Counted from the first letter of the stretch, positions 9,654 through 19,584 are shown. The stretch: DNA of 32,000 nucleotides from Candidatus Iainarchaeum sp. (GCA_028700115.1 JAQVTI010000003.1:1-32000), one strand, 5' to 3'. Translations and numbers: made by a program. Notes: generated by a model not told the origin, from the sequence alone.

Positions 9654-10943
9654 TTAATATTGCTTTGCTTTAACATCAATTACTACTCCTGCTGCAACTG
9701 TTTTACCCATATCTCTAATAGCAAGTCTACCCAATTGTGGGAAATCAGAATATTTTTCAACACATAATGGTTGAGTTGGTTTTATTTTAACAATTGCAGA
9801 ATCTCCAGCTTTTATAAACTTTGGATTTTCTTCCTTTGTACCACCATTCTTTGTATCTAATGTTCTTACAATTTCTGTAATTGTACAAGATATTTGAGCT
9901 GTGTGCATATGGAAAACTGGAGTGTATCCTGGTGTTATTGCAGATGGATGGAAAAGCACAATTATTTGAGCTGTAAATTCATCAGCAACTGTAGGAGTTT
10001 TACCAACATGACCTATAATAGATCCTCTTTTAATATCTCTTGGACCAATTTTTCTTAAATTAAAACCAATATTATCACCTGGTCTTGCTGCATCTAATTG
10101 TTCATGATGCATTTCAATAGATTTAACTTCTGTTTGAACATTTTCAGGCATGATTACAATTTTATCATTTGGTTTCATAATACCAGTAGAAACTTTTCCA
10201 ACAGGAACAGTACCAACACCTTTAATATTATAAACATCTTGAACAGGAAGTCTTAAATCTTTATTTTCTGCAGAAGCTGGAGCTGTAAATTTATCCATTG
10301 CATCTAATAAAGTTGGTCCATTATACCATGGTAACTTATCAGATTTTTTAGCAACATTATCACCCATCCATGCAGAAACAGGAATAATTTGTATTAAATC
10401 TTCTTTATAACCAGAACCTTTTAATAATTTTAAAACATCTAATTTAACTTCATCAAATCTTTTTTGATCATAACTTACTTCATCCATTTTATTAATAGCA
10501 ACAATTACTTGATTTATTCCTAAAACCTTTGCTAAGAATGAATGTTCTTTTGTTTGAGGCATAATACCTTCTTTTGCACCTACAAGTAAAACAGCAGCAT
10601 CTGCTTGAGAAGTTCCAGTAATCATATTTTTAATATAATCAGCGTGACCAGGGGCATCAATTACAGTAAAAAATTTAGTTTTTGTTTCAAACTTTTTATA
10701 ATTTACATCAATAGTTACTCCTCTTTCTCTTTCTTCTTTTAAAGTATCCATCATGTATGCAAAAGCAAATGTACCTTTACCTTTTTCTTGAGCAAGAGCT
10801 TCTAACTTTCTATATTCTTGCTCTGAAAGTGCATCTGAATCATACATTAATCTACCAACAAGAGTAGATTTACCTTGATCAATGTGCCCTATGAATATTA
10901 CGTTAATATGTGGCTTATCTGATGCCATATTTAATTCCTCCAT
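9654..10943 (-). CDS. tuf: Translation elongation factor 1-alpha (aEF1A)
   Basis: G1 'GHIDQGKST', G3 'DAPGHADYIKNM', G4 'NKMD', 'VSAW', plus domain II/III motifs. The true start may be the internal ATG (MASDKPHINV) at 10928. Confidence 0.96.
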   Translation of the reverse strand: MEELNMASDKPHINVIFIGHIDQGKSTLVGRLMYDSDALSEQEYRKLEALAQEKGKGTFAFAYMMDTLKEERERGVTIDVNYKKFETKTKFFTVIDAPGHADYIKNMITGTSQADAAVLLVGAKEGIMPQTKEHSFLAKVLGINQVIVAINKMDEVSYDQKRFDEVKLDVLKLLKGSGYKEDLIQIIPVSAWMGDNVAKKSDKLPWYNGPTLLDAMDKFTAPASAENKDLRLPVQDVYNIKGVGTVPVGKVSTGIMKPNDKIVIMPENVQTEVKSIEMHHEQLDAARPGDNIGFNLRKIGPRDIKRGSIIGHVGKTPTVADEFTAQIIVLFHPSAITPGYTPVFHMHTAQISCTITEIVRTLDTKNGGTKEENPKFIKAGDSAIVKIKPTQPLCVEKYSDFPQLGRLAIRDMGKTVAAGVVIDVKAKQY

Positions 10944-11036
10944 TTTTTAAAAATTTTATAGAAAAATAAAGTACTTGCACTAACTAAATAAAATATTAAT
11001 TTTGCAAGATATTATATATATAATAAAGAAACCAAA

Positions 11037-11050
11037 CTATTTATAAATAG
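11037..11050 (-). promoter_or_regulatory. Candidate TATA-like promoter element CTATTTATAAATAG (14 bp perfect palindrome)
   Basis: Self-complementary TATA-like sequence in the divergent intergenic region between EF1A and the 11168 gene. Direction is ambiguous. Confidence 0.35.
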
Positions 11051-11167
11051 AATCCTATATAAACACAAAATAAAAAATAAAAATAAAATACTAAAAAAAT
11101 AAAGAATAAAAAGGTATTTAAATAAAAACATAATATATATTATTATAAAAATTAAAAAAAGATATAT

Positions 11168-12232
11168 ATGATTGTAGAAACTATTCAAATATTTGTAATA
11201 CTTGGAGTAATTATCATTTTTGGAAGTATAATTACATATATAAATATAAATAAAAAAACAAAAAAAGAAATAAATCAAGAACAATCAACTTGGAAAAAAA
11301 TAGACTTATTAAATAATAAAAAAAAAGAATTAGAAAAACAAAAAAAAGAAATATCTTATAAATTTTCTGCAAAAGCAATAGATTCAGAAGCATATTCAAA
11401 AGCAATAAAATATGTTACAGAAGAACTTGAAAAAATTGTAGAAAAAATAGATCAAGAAGTATCAAAATTAACCAAAATACAAAATAAAAATTTATCAGAA
11501 GAAGATGAACTTAGATTTAATAATATAAAAATAAAAGGAAATTTAAGCGAACTTGAAAATGAAAATAAAATATATAAAGAAAAAATTAATGAACTAGAAG
11601 GCTTTATTAAAAAAATATCTGAATCAGAAAATATAAATATTGATGAATCACAGAAAGCTAGAGAAAAATACATGATAAATGTTATAAATAAATATAAAGA
11701 AATAATTAATGAAAAAGAAAGAAAAACTATATCAGAAATGAAAAATAGAATAAACCCAACAGATATTAGTATTAAAAGTATTATAAATAAATTTAGCCCC
11801 ATAGGGTATAATTATGAAAAAGAATATCTAAAAACACTAAAAAAAATATATAATTATTTAAACTCAGAAATAGAAATTGTTGATAATAACTTAGGAATAT
11901 TGTTTTGGATAGATTTTTCAAAAATACTTACAGAAAAAATATGTGACCAACAAAATGCATCCGTATTACTTTGTTCAATAATGGATGGATTAAAAGATGA
12001 TTTTGCAACAATTGAAGTCGTATTATTAGATAATGAAAAAATACACACATTTGTAAAAACTAAATATAAAAATATGAATTATATATTTGACTTAACTCAA
12101 AAAGTACCATTTGATACATATAAAAATGAAGATGATAAAAAACTATTAGAAGAATATAAATTTAAAAAATATAAAATAATAAGAAGAATCTATTCATATA
12201 ATAAATATAATTACACAGATATACAAAATTAA
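11168..12232 (+). CDS. Membrane-anchored coiled-coil protein with possible transglutaminase-like C-terminal domain
   Basis: 354 aa; N-terminal TM (IFVILGVIIIFGSIITYI), Lys/Glu-rich coiled coil of about 150 aa, C-terminal globular part with C259 ('CDQQNASVLLCS'), H293 ('HTFV') and D308 ('DLT') in transglutaminase-like order and spacing. Confidence 0.6.
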   Translation: MIVETIQIFVILGVIIIFGSIITYININKKTKKEINQEQSTWKKIDLLNNKKKELEKQKKEISYKFSAKAIDSEAYSKAIKYVTEELEKIVEKIDQEVSKLTKIQNKNLSEEDELRFNNIKIKGNLSELENENKIYKEKINELEGFIKKISESENINIDESQKAREKYMINVINKYKEIINEKERKTISEMKNRINPTDISIKSIINKFSPIGYNYEKEYLKTLKKIYNYLNSEIEIVDNNLGILFWIDFSKILTEKICDQQNASVLLCSIMDGLKDDFATIEVVLLDNEKIHTFVKTKYKNMNYIFDLTQKVPFDTYKNEDDKKLLEEYKFKKYKIIRRIYSYNKYNYTDIQN

Positions 12233-12244
12233 AAAGGCTAATTT

Positions 12245-13282
12245 ATGGAATACGATTTAGAAGTTACAAGCACTGTTTTTAATTATATTATAAAAAATTT
12301 AAATTTAGAAATAAATTTAGGATATATAAATAATATACAAACTATTGCAGAAGATTTTTGGAGAATAAAAATACATAAAAAAACAACAAAAACATTATAT
12401 ATTAATCCAAAAGTTTGTTTTTTATCAGACTACAATGTAGAAATAATAGAAAATAAAGGGTTTGCAAAATATCTTAAAAAAAAATTAAATAATCAAAGAA
12501 TCAAACAAATATATCAAGATAAAAATAACAGAGTCGTTTGTTTTGAACTAGATCATTATAATTTAATATTTGAATTCTTTTCAAAATCTAATATAATTTT
12601 AACAGATAAAGACTTTAAAATAATTACATCAAAACAAAAAGAAGAATGGAAAGATAGAACAATTAAAAAATTTGAAACATATAAATTCCCCGAAGGACAA
12701 AAAATAGATGAAATTACAACTGAAGATATCTTAGATGATAAAAAACAAACTATAAAATATTTAAATAAAAAATACCAAATTGCCCCACATTATTTAGAAG
12801 AAATAATTAAAGAAAAGATAAATAAAAAAGAAATAATTAAAAAAATTAAAGAATTATATGAAATAGAAAATTCAAATATAGAAATTATTGAAAAAAATAA
12901 TAAAAAAATTGCAATAATTACTAAAGGAGAAAAAAAATTATATGAAAATATAGAAGAATATTTTTTAGAAAAAATTAAAAAAAATAAAACAATATCAAAA
13001 AATACAAAAATTGAAAAACTTGAAAAAATAATAAAAGAACAAGAAAAAAGTAAAATAAATTTTTTAGAAAAAATAAAAATATTGGAAAAAGAAGGCGAAA
13101 TAATATATTCAAATTACATATATATAGAAGAAATAAATAAAATTATAGAAAAAGCATTAAAACTAAAAATTACTGAAAAAGAAATTATAAAAAAAATAAA
13201 TACTTATTTTAAAGAAAAAAATAAAAATATAAAAATTATGAAAATAGATCAAAAAAAGAAAACATATATTATAAATATATAA
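12245..13282 (+). CDS. NFACT-N domain protein (RqcH/NEMF-like), short form lacking NFACT-R
   Basis: 345 aa; 'SNIILTDKDFKIITS' with helical middle region and terminal 'IMKIDQKKKTYIINI'; stop codon falls where the NFACT-R (DUF814) domain normally begins. Confidence 0.75.
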   Translation: MEYDLEVTSTVFNYIIKNLNLEINLGYINNIQTIAEDFWRIKIHKKTTKTLYINPKVCFLSDYNVEIIENKGFAKYLKKKLNNQRIKQIYQDKNNRVVCFELDHYNLIFEFFSKSNIILTDKDFKIITSKQKEEWKDRTIKKFETYKFPEGQKIDEITTEDILDDKKQTIKYLNKKYQIAPHYLEEIIKEKINKKEIIKKIKELYEIENSNIEIIEKNNKKIAIITKGEKKLYENIEEYFLEKIKKNKTISKNTKIEKLEKIIKEQEKSKINFLEKIKILEKEGEIIYSNYIYIEEINKIIEKALKLKITEKEIIKKINTYFKEKNKNIKIMKIDQKKKTYIINI

Positions 13283-13318
13283 AATAAAATTAGATTGATT
13301 AGAAAATAAGGAAAATAA

Positions 13319-13579
13319 CTATTCCTTATTAACTTGATTTTCATCAACAATAAAAACATCGCTTACAGCTAAAACACTTTTATAAGGAACTTCAAGCATA
13401 TTTCCAGATAAACTTAATTTTTGGATAAATGCAGAAGCAGGATCTACTTCAACTAATATTGATTCTATTTCACCAGTTTGCTCATTAACCATTAAATCAA
13501 TTAATCTACCGATATTATCTCCTCTATTTGTAATTAATTTTTTAGTTGCTAATTGTCTTGCGATTGCGTATTTATACAT
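13319..13579 (-). CDS. PRC-barrel domain protein
   Basis: 86 aa; 'RQLATKKLITNRGDNIGRLIDLMVNEQTGEIESILVEVD...VPYKSVLAVSDVFIV' is a PRC-barrel pattern. Confidence 0.85.
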   Translation of the reverse strand: MYKYAIARQLATKKLITNRGDNIGRLIDLMVNEQTGEIESILVEVDPASAFIQKLSLSGNMLEVPYKSVLAVSDVFIVDENQVNKE

Positions 13580-13763
13580 ACTAACTCCTCATTTATAATT
13601 TTTAATAAATATTATTTATTATTATGGTTACTAAATACATTTAAAAAGTAATCGGTTTAACAATCCAAAATTTATATAAAATTAAAGAAATAAACCAAAC
13701 TAAAATATATATAAATAATAAAGTTTATATATGTAATGCATAATAACTAATAATATAATTAAA

Positions 13764-14003
13764 ATGTTGATAAATATGTTAGAAATTAAAGAAAATAAAA
13801 AAATCAATAAAAAAATGTTAATTATTATAATAATTGTATTAATTATAGGATTTATTTTAGGACTTTTAGTAAGTAATAATATAGATTTAGACACTAGTTG
13901 TAAATCAGAAAAACAAGAAATAGATATATTAAATAAAGAAATTAATAGTTGTATAAATTCACTTAATAATTATGACACAATAAAAATAGAACAAGGTAAT
14001 TAG
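13764..14003 (+). CDS. Small single-pass membrane protein
   Basis: 79 aa with one strong TM helix (MLIIIIIVLIIGFILGLLV); start codon uncertain (ATGs at 13764 and 13776). Overlaps the convergent DUF373 gene by 4 nt. Confidence 0.5.
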   Translation: MLINMLEIKENKKINKKMLIIIIIVLIIGFILGLLVSNNIDLDTSCKSEKQEIDILNKEINSCINSLNNYDTIKIEQGN

Positions 14004-15349
14004 ATTATTACCTTTCCTTTTTCTAAATAAAAATTTTTCTTAGAAATACTTTTTATGCCATTTGTAGTTTTATCCTTAAATCTAATTATATTTTTATCAC
14101 CATCAATTGAAACAACTTCACCTAAAAATAAACCATATTTAGAAAAAACTGGAAGACCTATTAATAAAGAAGTAACATCTGAAGAAATATCAAACATTTT
14201 TGTAAATCTACTTAATAGCAATAATAAAATTACAGAAAATAAAATTACAAAAATAAAATAAGTTAAAGTAATTTCATTAATAAAAAGTTGTAAAGAAAAA
14301 TCTAAAATAGAAGCAATAATTAAAATAGAAAATAAAGAAAAAATATTTTTTCCAAGTAAAAATACTTTTTTAAAATAAAATATATCTATAATTGAAGCTA
14401 TATTAAAAGTAATAAACCCTAATACAAAATACAAAATTACTGCTCTAAAAATAGAAATTAACCTATACAATAAATCTAAACTATCATTTAAAGCAAAAAG
14501 ATTAAAAACTTTAAAAATCCCAAAAATAATAAAAAACAAACTAGCTAAATAAAATGGAAAACTAATTCTTTGAAAAGAAAATTTAAACTTTAAATTATTA
14601 AATAAATTTAAAAAAAACTTATCTAATCTAAAACCTTTAATTAAAAAATAAAAACCAGCTAAAAAACCAATAATTTGAAGAGCATAACTTCTAACAAAAA
14701 CAAAAAGTAAAAAAATAATTGCAGGAATACCATATACTATTCTTGCAAAAAATGGATCTCTTAATGCTTTTTTAATTGTATAAAAAGTACTTTCTAAACT
14801 TCTAGATTGTCTTACAATAATTGTTTCTTTAGAAAGAATTGGAACATAATTTTGTAAAATAGGTAAAACAGCATCATCTTCAGCACCATCACTTATAAAA
14901 ATAATTCCTGTAGCTGGATAAACTTCTAAAACTTTTTTTAGTTGATTTACAATATTTTTATCAGAAAAAAACATATTTTCTTTTGAATGCCCTGTTAAAG
15001 TTACAATTTCAACATCAATCTTATTTTTTGAAAGCTCTCTATATTTTTTTAAAGCCCCAAAAATACAATTTGCATCAGAATCTTCTGGATCTGTGATTGC
15101 AAATTCAGTAACTACTTTTATATTTTTATTAAATCCAATTATTGGACCTTCAATATCAATTTTTTGACCAATATCATTATCTCTATCTACAGATACAATT
15201 AAAATTTTTTCCTCAGAAAAAGATTTATTTAAATTAAATATATCTTTAGAAATAAAATTATTTTTAGAATCAGAGAGAACTTTATTAGAATCTATTATAA
15301 TAGTTTTTTTTTTAGAATTTATAGATTTAGAAACTTTTTTAACAACCAT
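14000..15349 (-). CDS. DUF373 family membrane protein
   Basis: 449 aa; 'ILIVSVDRDNDIGQKIDIEGPIIGF', 'ITDPEDSDANCIFGALKKYREL', 'ISDGAEDDAVLPILQNYVPI' then multiple TMs. Confidence 0.88.
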   Translation of the reverse strand: MVVKKVSKSINSKKKTIIIDSNKVLSDSKNNFISKDIFNLNKSFSEEKILIVSVDRDNDIGQKIDIEGPIIGFNKNIKVVTEFAITDPEDSDANCIFGALKKYRELSKNKIDVEIVTLTGHSKENMFFSDKNIVNQLKKVLEVYPATGIIFISDGAEDDAVLPILQNYVPILSKETIIVRQSRSLESTFYTIKKALRDPFFARIVYGIPAIIFLLFVFVRSYALQIIGFLAGFYFLIKGFRLDKFFLNLFNNLKFKFSFQRISFPFYLASLFFIIFGIFKVFNLFALNDSLDLLYRLISIFRAVILYFVLGFITFNIASIIDIFYFKKVFLLGKNIFSLFSILIIASILDFSLQLFINEITLTYFIFVILFSVILLLLLSRFTKMFDISSDVTSLLIGLPVFSKYGLFLGEVVSIDGDKNIIRFKDKTTNGIKSISKKNFYLEKGKVII

Positions 15350-15511
15350 AATTATTATCTCAAATATAAATATAATTTTTTAAAAATAAAAAACATATTT
15401 TATAAAATATATATTAACCCTTATATTTATATATTTAATTATTTTTAAAAAAATAGAAAGAAATAAAAATAAGTATAAGAACAATATATATAATGTAAAT
15501 GGAGAAATAAA

Positions 15512-16480
15512 ATGAATCCAGATAAAACTAAAAACTTTTTTTTTACAATATCAATAATTATAATTATTGCAATTATATTTTTAATAATATATTTTGGAAC
15601 AAAAATAGGAAATACAATATTATGGATATTATTAGTTATAGCAATAATATGGGGTTTATTTAAATTTAAAATAATATTAACCCTAAAAGATTATGAAAGA
15701 GCAGTAATATTTAGATTTGGAAAAGTAAATAGAGTAGGGGGTCCTGGATGGACATTTGTATTACCATTTATAGAAAAACCAAATATAGTTACACTAAGAG
15801 TAGAAACAATAGATATTCCCCCACAAAATGTACTTACAAAAGACAACATACAACTTAGAATAGATGGAGTGTTATTTATATCAGTAAAAGATTCTAAAGA
15901 AAGTGTAGTAAATTCAATTGTAAAAGTAGAAGACTATAGAAAAGCTGCAACAATGTATGTTATTGCAGTATTAAGAGATATTGTAGGAGAATTTGAATTA
16001 AAAGATGTAATTACAAACATAGAGCAAATAAATAATAAAATAAAAACATCATTAATAGAAATATCCTCAGAATGGGGTATAAAAGTTACATCTGTAGAAC
16101 TTACAGATATAAAAATTCCTGAAGATATACTTGCAGCAATGCATGAACAAAAAGCAGCAATTCAGAAAAAATTAGCAGTATATGAACTTGCAGAATCAGA
16201 AAAAGCAAAAATTTTAGCAGTAAAAGATGCTACAGACCAATTATCTGAAAAAACAGTAATTTATTATTATTTAAAAGCTCTTGAAAAAATGGCAGAAGGA
16301 CAAGCATCAAAAATTATATTTCCTATGGAACTTACAAATTTACTTGAAAAAGTAACAGACAATATAATTAATACAAAAACAAAAAAAATTATTCCAGAAA
16401 AAATAGAAAAAGGGTTAAATGAAAAACAATTACAAAAATATTTACCTCTTTTACAAAAATTTATACAAAATAAAAAATAA
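15512..16480 (+). CDS. SPFH/band 7 (stomatin/slipin-like) membrane protein
   Basis: 322 aa; N-terminal TMs then 'YERAVIFRFGKVNRVGGPGWTFVLPFI', 'VDIPPQNVLTKDNIQLRIDGVLFISV' and 'SSEWGIKVTSVELTDIKIPEDI'. Confidence 0.93.
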   Translation: MNPDKTKNFFFTISIIIIIAIIFLIIYFGTKIGNTILWILLVIAIIWGLFKFKIILTLKDYERAVIFRFGKVNRVGGPGWTFVLPFIEKPNIVTLRVETIDIPPQNVLTKDNIQLRIDGVLFISVKDSKESVVNSIVKVEDYRKAATMYVIAVLRDIVGEFELKDVITNIEQINNKIKTSLIEISSEWGIKVTSVELTDIKIPEDILAAMHEQKAAIQKKLAVYELAESEKAKILAVKDATDQLSEKTVIYYYLKALEKMAEGQASKIIFPMELTNLLEKVTDNIINTKTKKIIPEKIEKGLNEKQLQKYLPLLQKFIQNKK

Positions 16481-16492
16481 ACTTTGAAAAAA

Positions 16493-17113
16493 TTATTTTA
16501 AAAAATTATTTAAAAATGCATTTTCAAAATACTTTAATCTTTTAAAATTAAGTTCCATTTTTGTATTTGCCTTAGAAACAATTAAATTAAGATAAAAATC
16601 ATCAACTAAAATTAAATTATCTTTCTTTACAGGAAGAGCCATAAATTGAGTATAAGTTACTTCAATTATAAATTTACCTTCATTAGAAGCGATAATTCCT
16701 GATTTTTTAAGACCAAATTGTTGACAAAAATCTAAAATCTCTTTAGCCTTAATATAATCTTTTGCACCAAAATGAAAAATAAAAGGTTCTGCTTTTAACC
16801 AAATTTCTCCAGAAGTGTCTTCATTTAATGCAGATTTAATTTCATCAAAAGTCACAACCCTATGAAATCTTTTATGAAAATGAGATACTTTCTTAGACTC
16901 ATTTTCATCAGTAGACAAAAGCATAATTCTTCCTGCACAACTACTAGATGTAAAAATATCTGGAATTTTTGTAATTTCTAAAAGAAAAGGTATGATTAAT
17001 AAATCTGCTTTATTTTCAGAAATTGCTTTTAAGAGAGTATTAGTATGATTTTTTTTAATCATATCATATTTTTGATCAATAGAATTTTTGGAAGTATTTT
17101 GCATAATTATCAC
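16493..17113 (-). CDS. taw3: tRNA(Phe) wybutosine-pathway methyltransferase (TYW3/Taw3 family)
   Basis: 206 aa; 'SSCAGRIMLLSTDE', 'HRRFHRVVTFDEIKSAL', 'WLKAEPFIFHFGAKDYIKAKEIL', 'GIIASNEGKFIIEVTYTQFMALPV'. Confidence 0.85.
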   Translation of the reverse strand: MIIMQNTSKNSIDQKYDMIKKNHTNTLLKAISENKADLLIIPFLLEITKIPDIFTSSSCAGRIMLLSTDENESKKVSHFHKRFHRVVTFDEIKSALNEDTSGEIWLKAEPFIFHFGAKDYIKAKEILDFCQQFGLKKSGIIASNEGKFIIEVTYTQFMALPVKKDNLILVDDFYLNLIVSKANTKMELNFKRLKYFENAFLNNFLK

Positions 17114-17214
17114 AAATTTATAAAATTTTTAAAAAAACTATATAATTAAAAAAATAAATAATTTTTTAAGTAGTATTATATGTAATATATATAAAAATAT
17201 ATTTAATAATAGAT

Positions 17215-18030
17215 GTGAAAAATATGAAAATAAATAAAATAATATTAATTATTGGAATTATAATAATATTTAGTACAAATTTATTTGCACTAAAAATGTT
17301 AGAACCAGAATACACAGATATAAATGACTTTAAAGAAATAGATTTAGGTTATTTTTCACCAGATGAAAGCTTCCTTATAAGCTTTTTAATAGAAAATAAT
17401 GAAAATTATGATGATATAAAAATAATGGACTATCAAAAAAATGACTTTATAATAGAAAAAACAAACAACACTAAAGAAAGTATATTTACAACAATAAAAA
17501 TAAATAAAAAAATAGAAGGAGAATATATATTAAATGTGATATTATTCTCAAAAAATATGCAAAAAAATATACCACTAAAAATAAATATTACAAATAATGT
17601 AGTACACACACAAATAAATAAAATACAAAATAAAATAAAATATAACCAAATACAAGAAATAGAAATAACTGCATATAATAAATCAAATACAACAAAAAAA
17701 ATATCAATAACATCAAACCTACCAGATACATGGTTTAATAAAAACCAAAATAAATTAAAATATATGACTTTACAACCAAATAGTCAAACAAAAATAATTT
17801 ATGAATATAGCCCTAAAGAAATAGGTTTAAGAAAATTTGAATTAAAAATAAATAAAATATTTGAAGAAACAAAAGATGAAAATAAAATAATTACATACAA
17901 CTTAGAAATAGATGTATTAAAAAATCTATTTGGAATATATGGATCTAGAGATCACAGCTTACCTTTATTTAATTCAAATATAATCCCTGTATATTACTTT
18001 AATAAAATTATAAAAATATTTAAAAATTAA
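17215..18030 (+). CDS. Exported protein with Ig-like/CARDB-like domains
   Basis: 271 aa with N-terminal signal sequence (KIILIIGIIIIFSTNLFA) and beta-rich repeats; no C-terminal TM anchor recognised. Confidence 0.5.
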   Translation: MKNMKINKIILIIGIIIIFSTNLFALKMLEPEYTDINDFKEIDLGYFSPDESFLISFLIENNENYDDIKIMDYQKNDFIIEKTNNTKESIFTTIKINKKIEGEYILNVILFSKNMQKNIPLKINITNNVVHTQINKIQNKIKYNQIQEIEITAYNKSNTTKKISITSNLPDTWFNKNQNKLKYMTLQPNSQTKIIYEYSPKEIGLRKFELKINKIFEETKDENKIITYNLEIDVLKNLFGIYGSRDHSLPLFNSNIIPVYYFNKIIKIFKN

Positions 18031-18045
18031 AAACAAAGACTAAAC

Positions 18046-19581
18046 ATGAATCAAAAATATAAAGAAAAAATAAAAATATTTTTTAAAAATAAAAATATAA
18101 AAAAAATAACAAAAGAAAATTTACAAAATTTAAAATCAGAATTTGCAAAAAAATACAATTTAAAAAAATTACCCTTAACATCAGATATAACAAATATATT
18201 GAAAATAAAAAACCCAACAAAAACATTTATTACAAAACCATCAAGAACACTTTCTGGAGTCACAATAATTGCAGTTATGACAAAACCAGATGTTTGCCCA
18301 GGAAAATGTATTTTTTGCCCATCATATAAAGATGCTCCTAAAAGTTATACAGGATTTGAACCAGCTGCAATGAGGGGGGCAATAAATAATTTTGATCCAT
18401 ATAAACAAATAAAAGAAAGATTAAAACAATTAGAAGCAACAGGGCATCCAACTACAAAAATAGAAATGATAATTATGGGGGGTACCTTTCCATCTACTTC
18501 TATAGAATATCAAAAAGAATTTATGATAAAAGTATATCAAGCAATAACAGATTCTAAAAGCAAAAATATAGACCTACTTAAAAAAAAAGCAATGACATCA
18601 AAAAGAAGACTTGTAGGACTTACATTTGAAACAAGACCAGATTATTGTGATGAAAAAATAATAAGACGATTAATAGATTTTGGAGCAACAAGAATAGAAA
18701 TTGGAGTTCAATCTACAGATAATAAAATACTTAAATATGTAAAAAGAGGACACGGAACAAAAGAATCTATAATTGCAACAGAAAAACTAAAAGATTCAGG
18801 ATTAAAAGTACTTTATCATATGATGTTAAATTTACCTAAAAGCAATTATAAAAAAGATCTTAAAATGTTTGAAGAAATAACTACTAATGAAAAATATTGC
18901 CCAGATATGCTAAAAATATACCCTTGCTTAGTTACAAAATATACAGTACTTGAAAAAATGTATTATTCTGGAGAATACAAAGTATATGACGACCAAAAAA
19001 CTATAAATCTTTTAGCAGATATTAAAGAAAAAATACCACGATGGATTAGAATAATGAGAATACAAAGAGATATACCTGCTACAAAAATAATTGGGGGTAT
19101 TAAAAAAAGTAATCTTAGAGAATATGTTAAAAAAGAACTAAACAAAAGAAACAAAAAATGTAAATGTATTAGATGTAGAGAACCAAATAAAAATAATACT
19201 AATATAGATTTTAAAAAATATGAAATAAAAATTGAAACATATAAAGCATCAAAAGGAATAGAATACTTTATATCAGCAGAAAAAGATGATGTGATTTTTG
19301 GATTTATTAGACTTAGAATACCTTATAAACCATTTTTAGAAGAATTAGATAAAAAAACAGCAATTGTTAGAGAATTACATGTCTATGGACAAGCAACCGA
19401 ATTAGGTCAAAAAAACTTACAACATAGAGGAATTGGAAAAAAACTATTAAAAAAAGCAGAAGAAATAACAAAAGAAAATAAATTAAAAAAAATTGCAATA
19501 ATTAGTGGAATAGGTGTAAGAGAATATTATAAAAAATTAGGATATAAACTAAAAAAAGCATATATGATAAAGGAATTTTAA
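18046..19581 (+). CDS. elp3: Elp3 family radical SAM / GNAT tRNA-modification enzyme
   Basis: 511 aa; 'KPDVCPGKCIFCPS' (CX4CX2C), 'GATRIEIGVQSTDNKILKYVKRGHG', C-terminal acetyltransferase with 'QHRGIGKKLLKKAEEI'. Confidence 0.95.
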   Translation: MNQKYKEKIKIFFKNKNIKKITKENLQNLKSEFAKKYNLKKLPLTSDITNILKIKNPTKTFITKPSRTLSGVTIIAVMTKPDVCPGKCIFCPSYKDAPKSYTGFEPAAMRGAINNFDPYKQIKERLKQLEATGHPTTKIEMIIMGGTFPSTSIEYQKEFMIKVYQAITDSKSKNIDLLKKKAMTSKRRLVGLTFETRPDYCDEKIIRRLIDFGATRIEIGVQSTDNKILKYVKRGHGTKESIIATEKLKDSGLKVLYHMMLNLPKSNYKKDLKMFEEITTNEKYCPDMLKIYPCLVTKYTVLEKMYYSGEYKVYDDQKTINLLADIKEKIPRWIRIMRIQRDIPATKIIGGIKKSNLREYVKKELNKRNKKCKCIRCREPNKNNTNIDFKKYEIKIETYKASKGIEYFISAEKDDVIFGFIRLRIPYKPFLEELDKKTAIVRELHVYGQATELGQKNLQHRGIGKKLLKKAEEITKENKLKKIAIISGIGVREYYKKLGYKLKKAYMIKEF

Positions 19582-19584
19582 AAT

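Noticed and set aside
11012-11284. 90 aa minus-strand ORF of almost only F/Y/I/L between EF1A and the 11168 gene
   Set aside because: Low-complexity translation of AT-rich intergenic and coding DNA; overlaps a candidate promoter region.
13700-13894. 64 aa minus-strand ORF overlapping the start of the small TM gene
   Set aside because: Overlaps the better-supported 13764 ORF and is I/N/L low-complexity.
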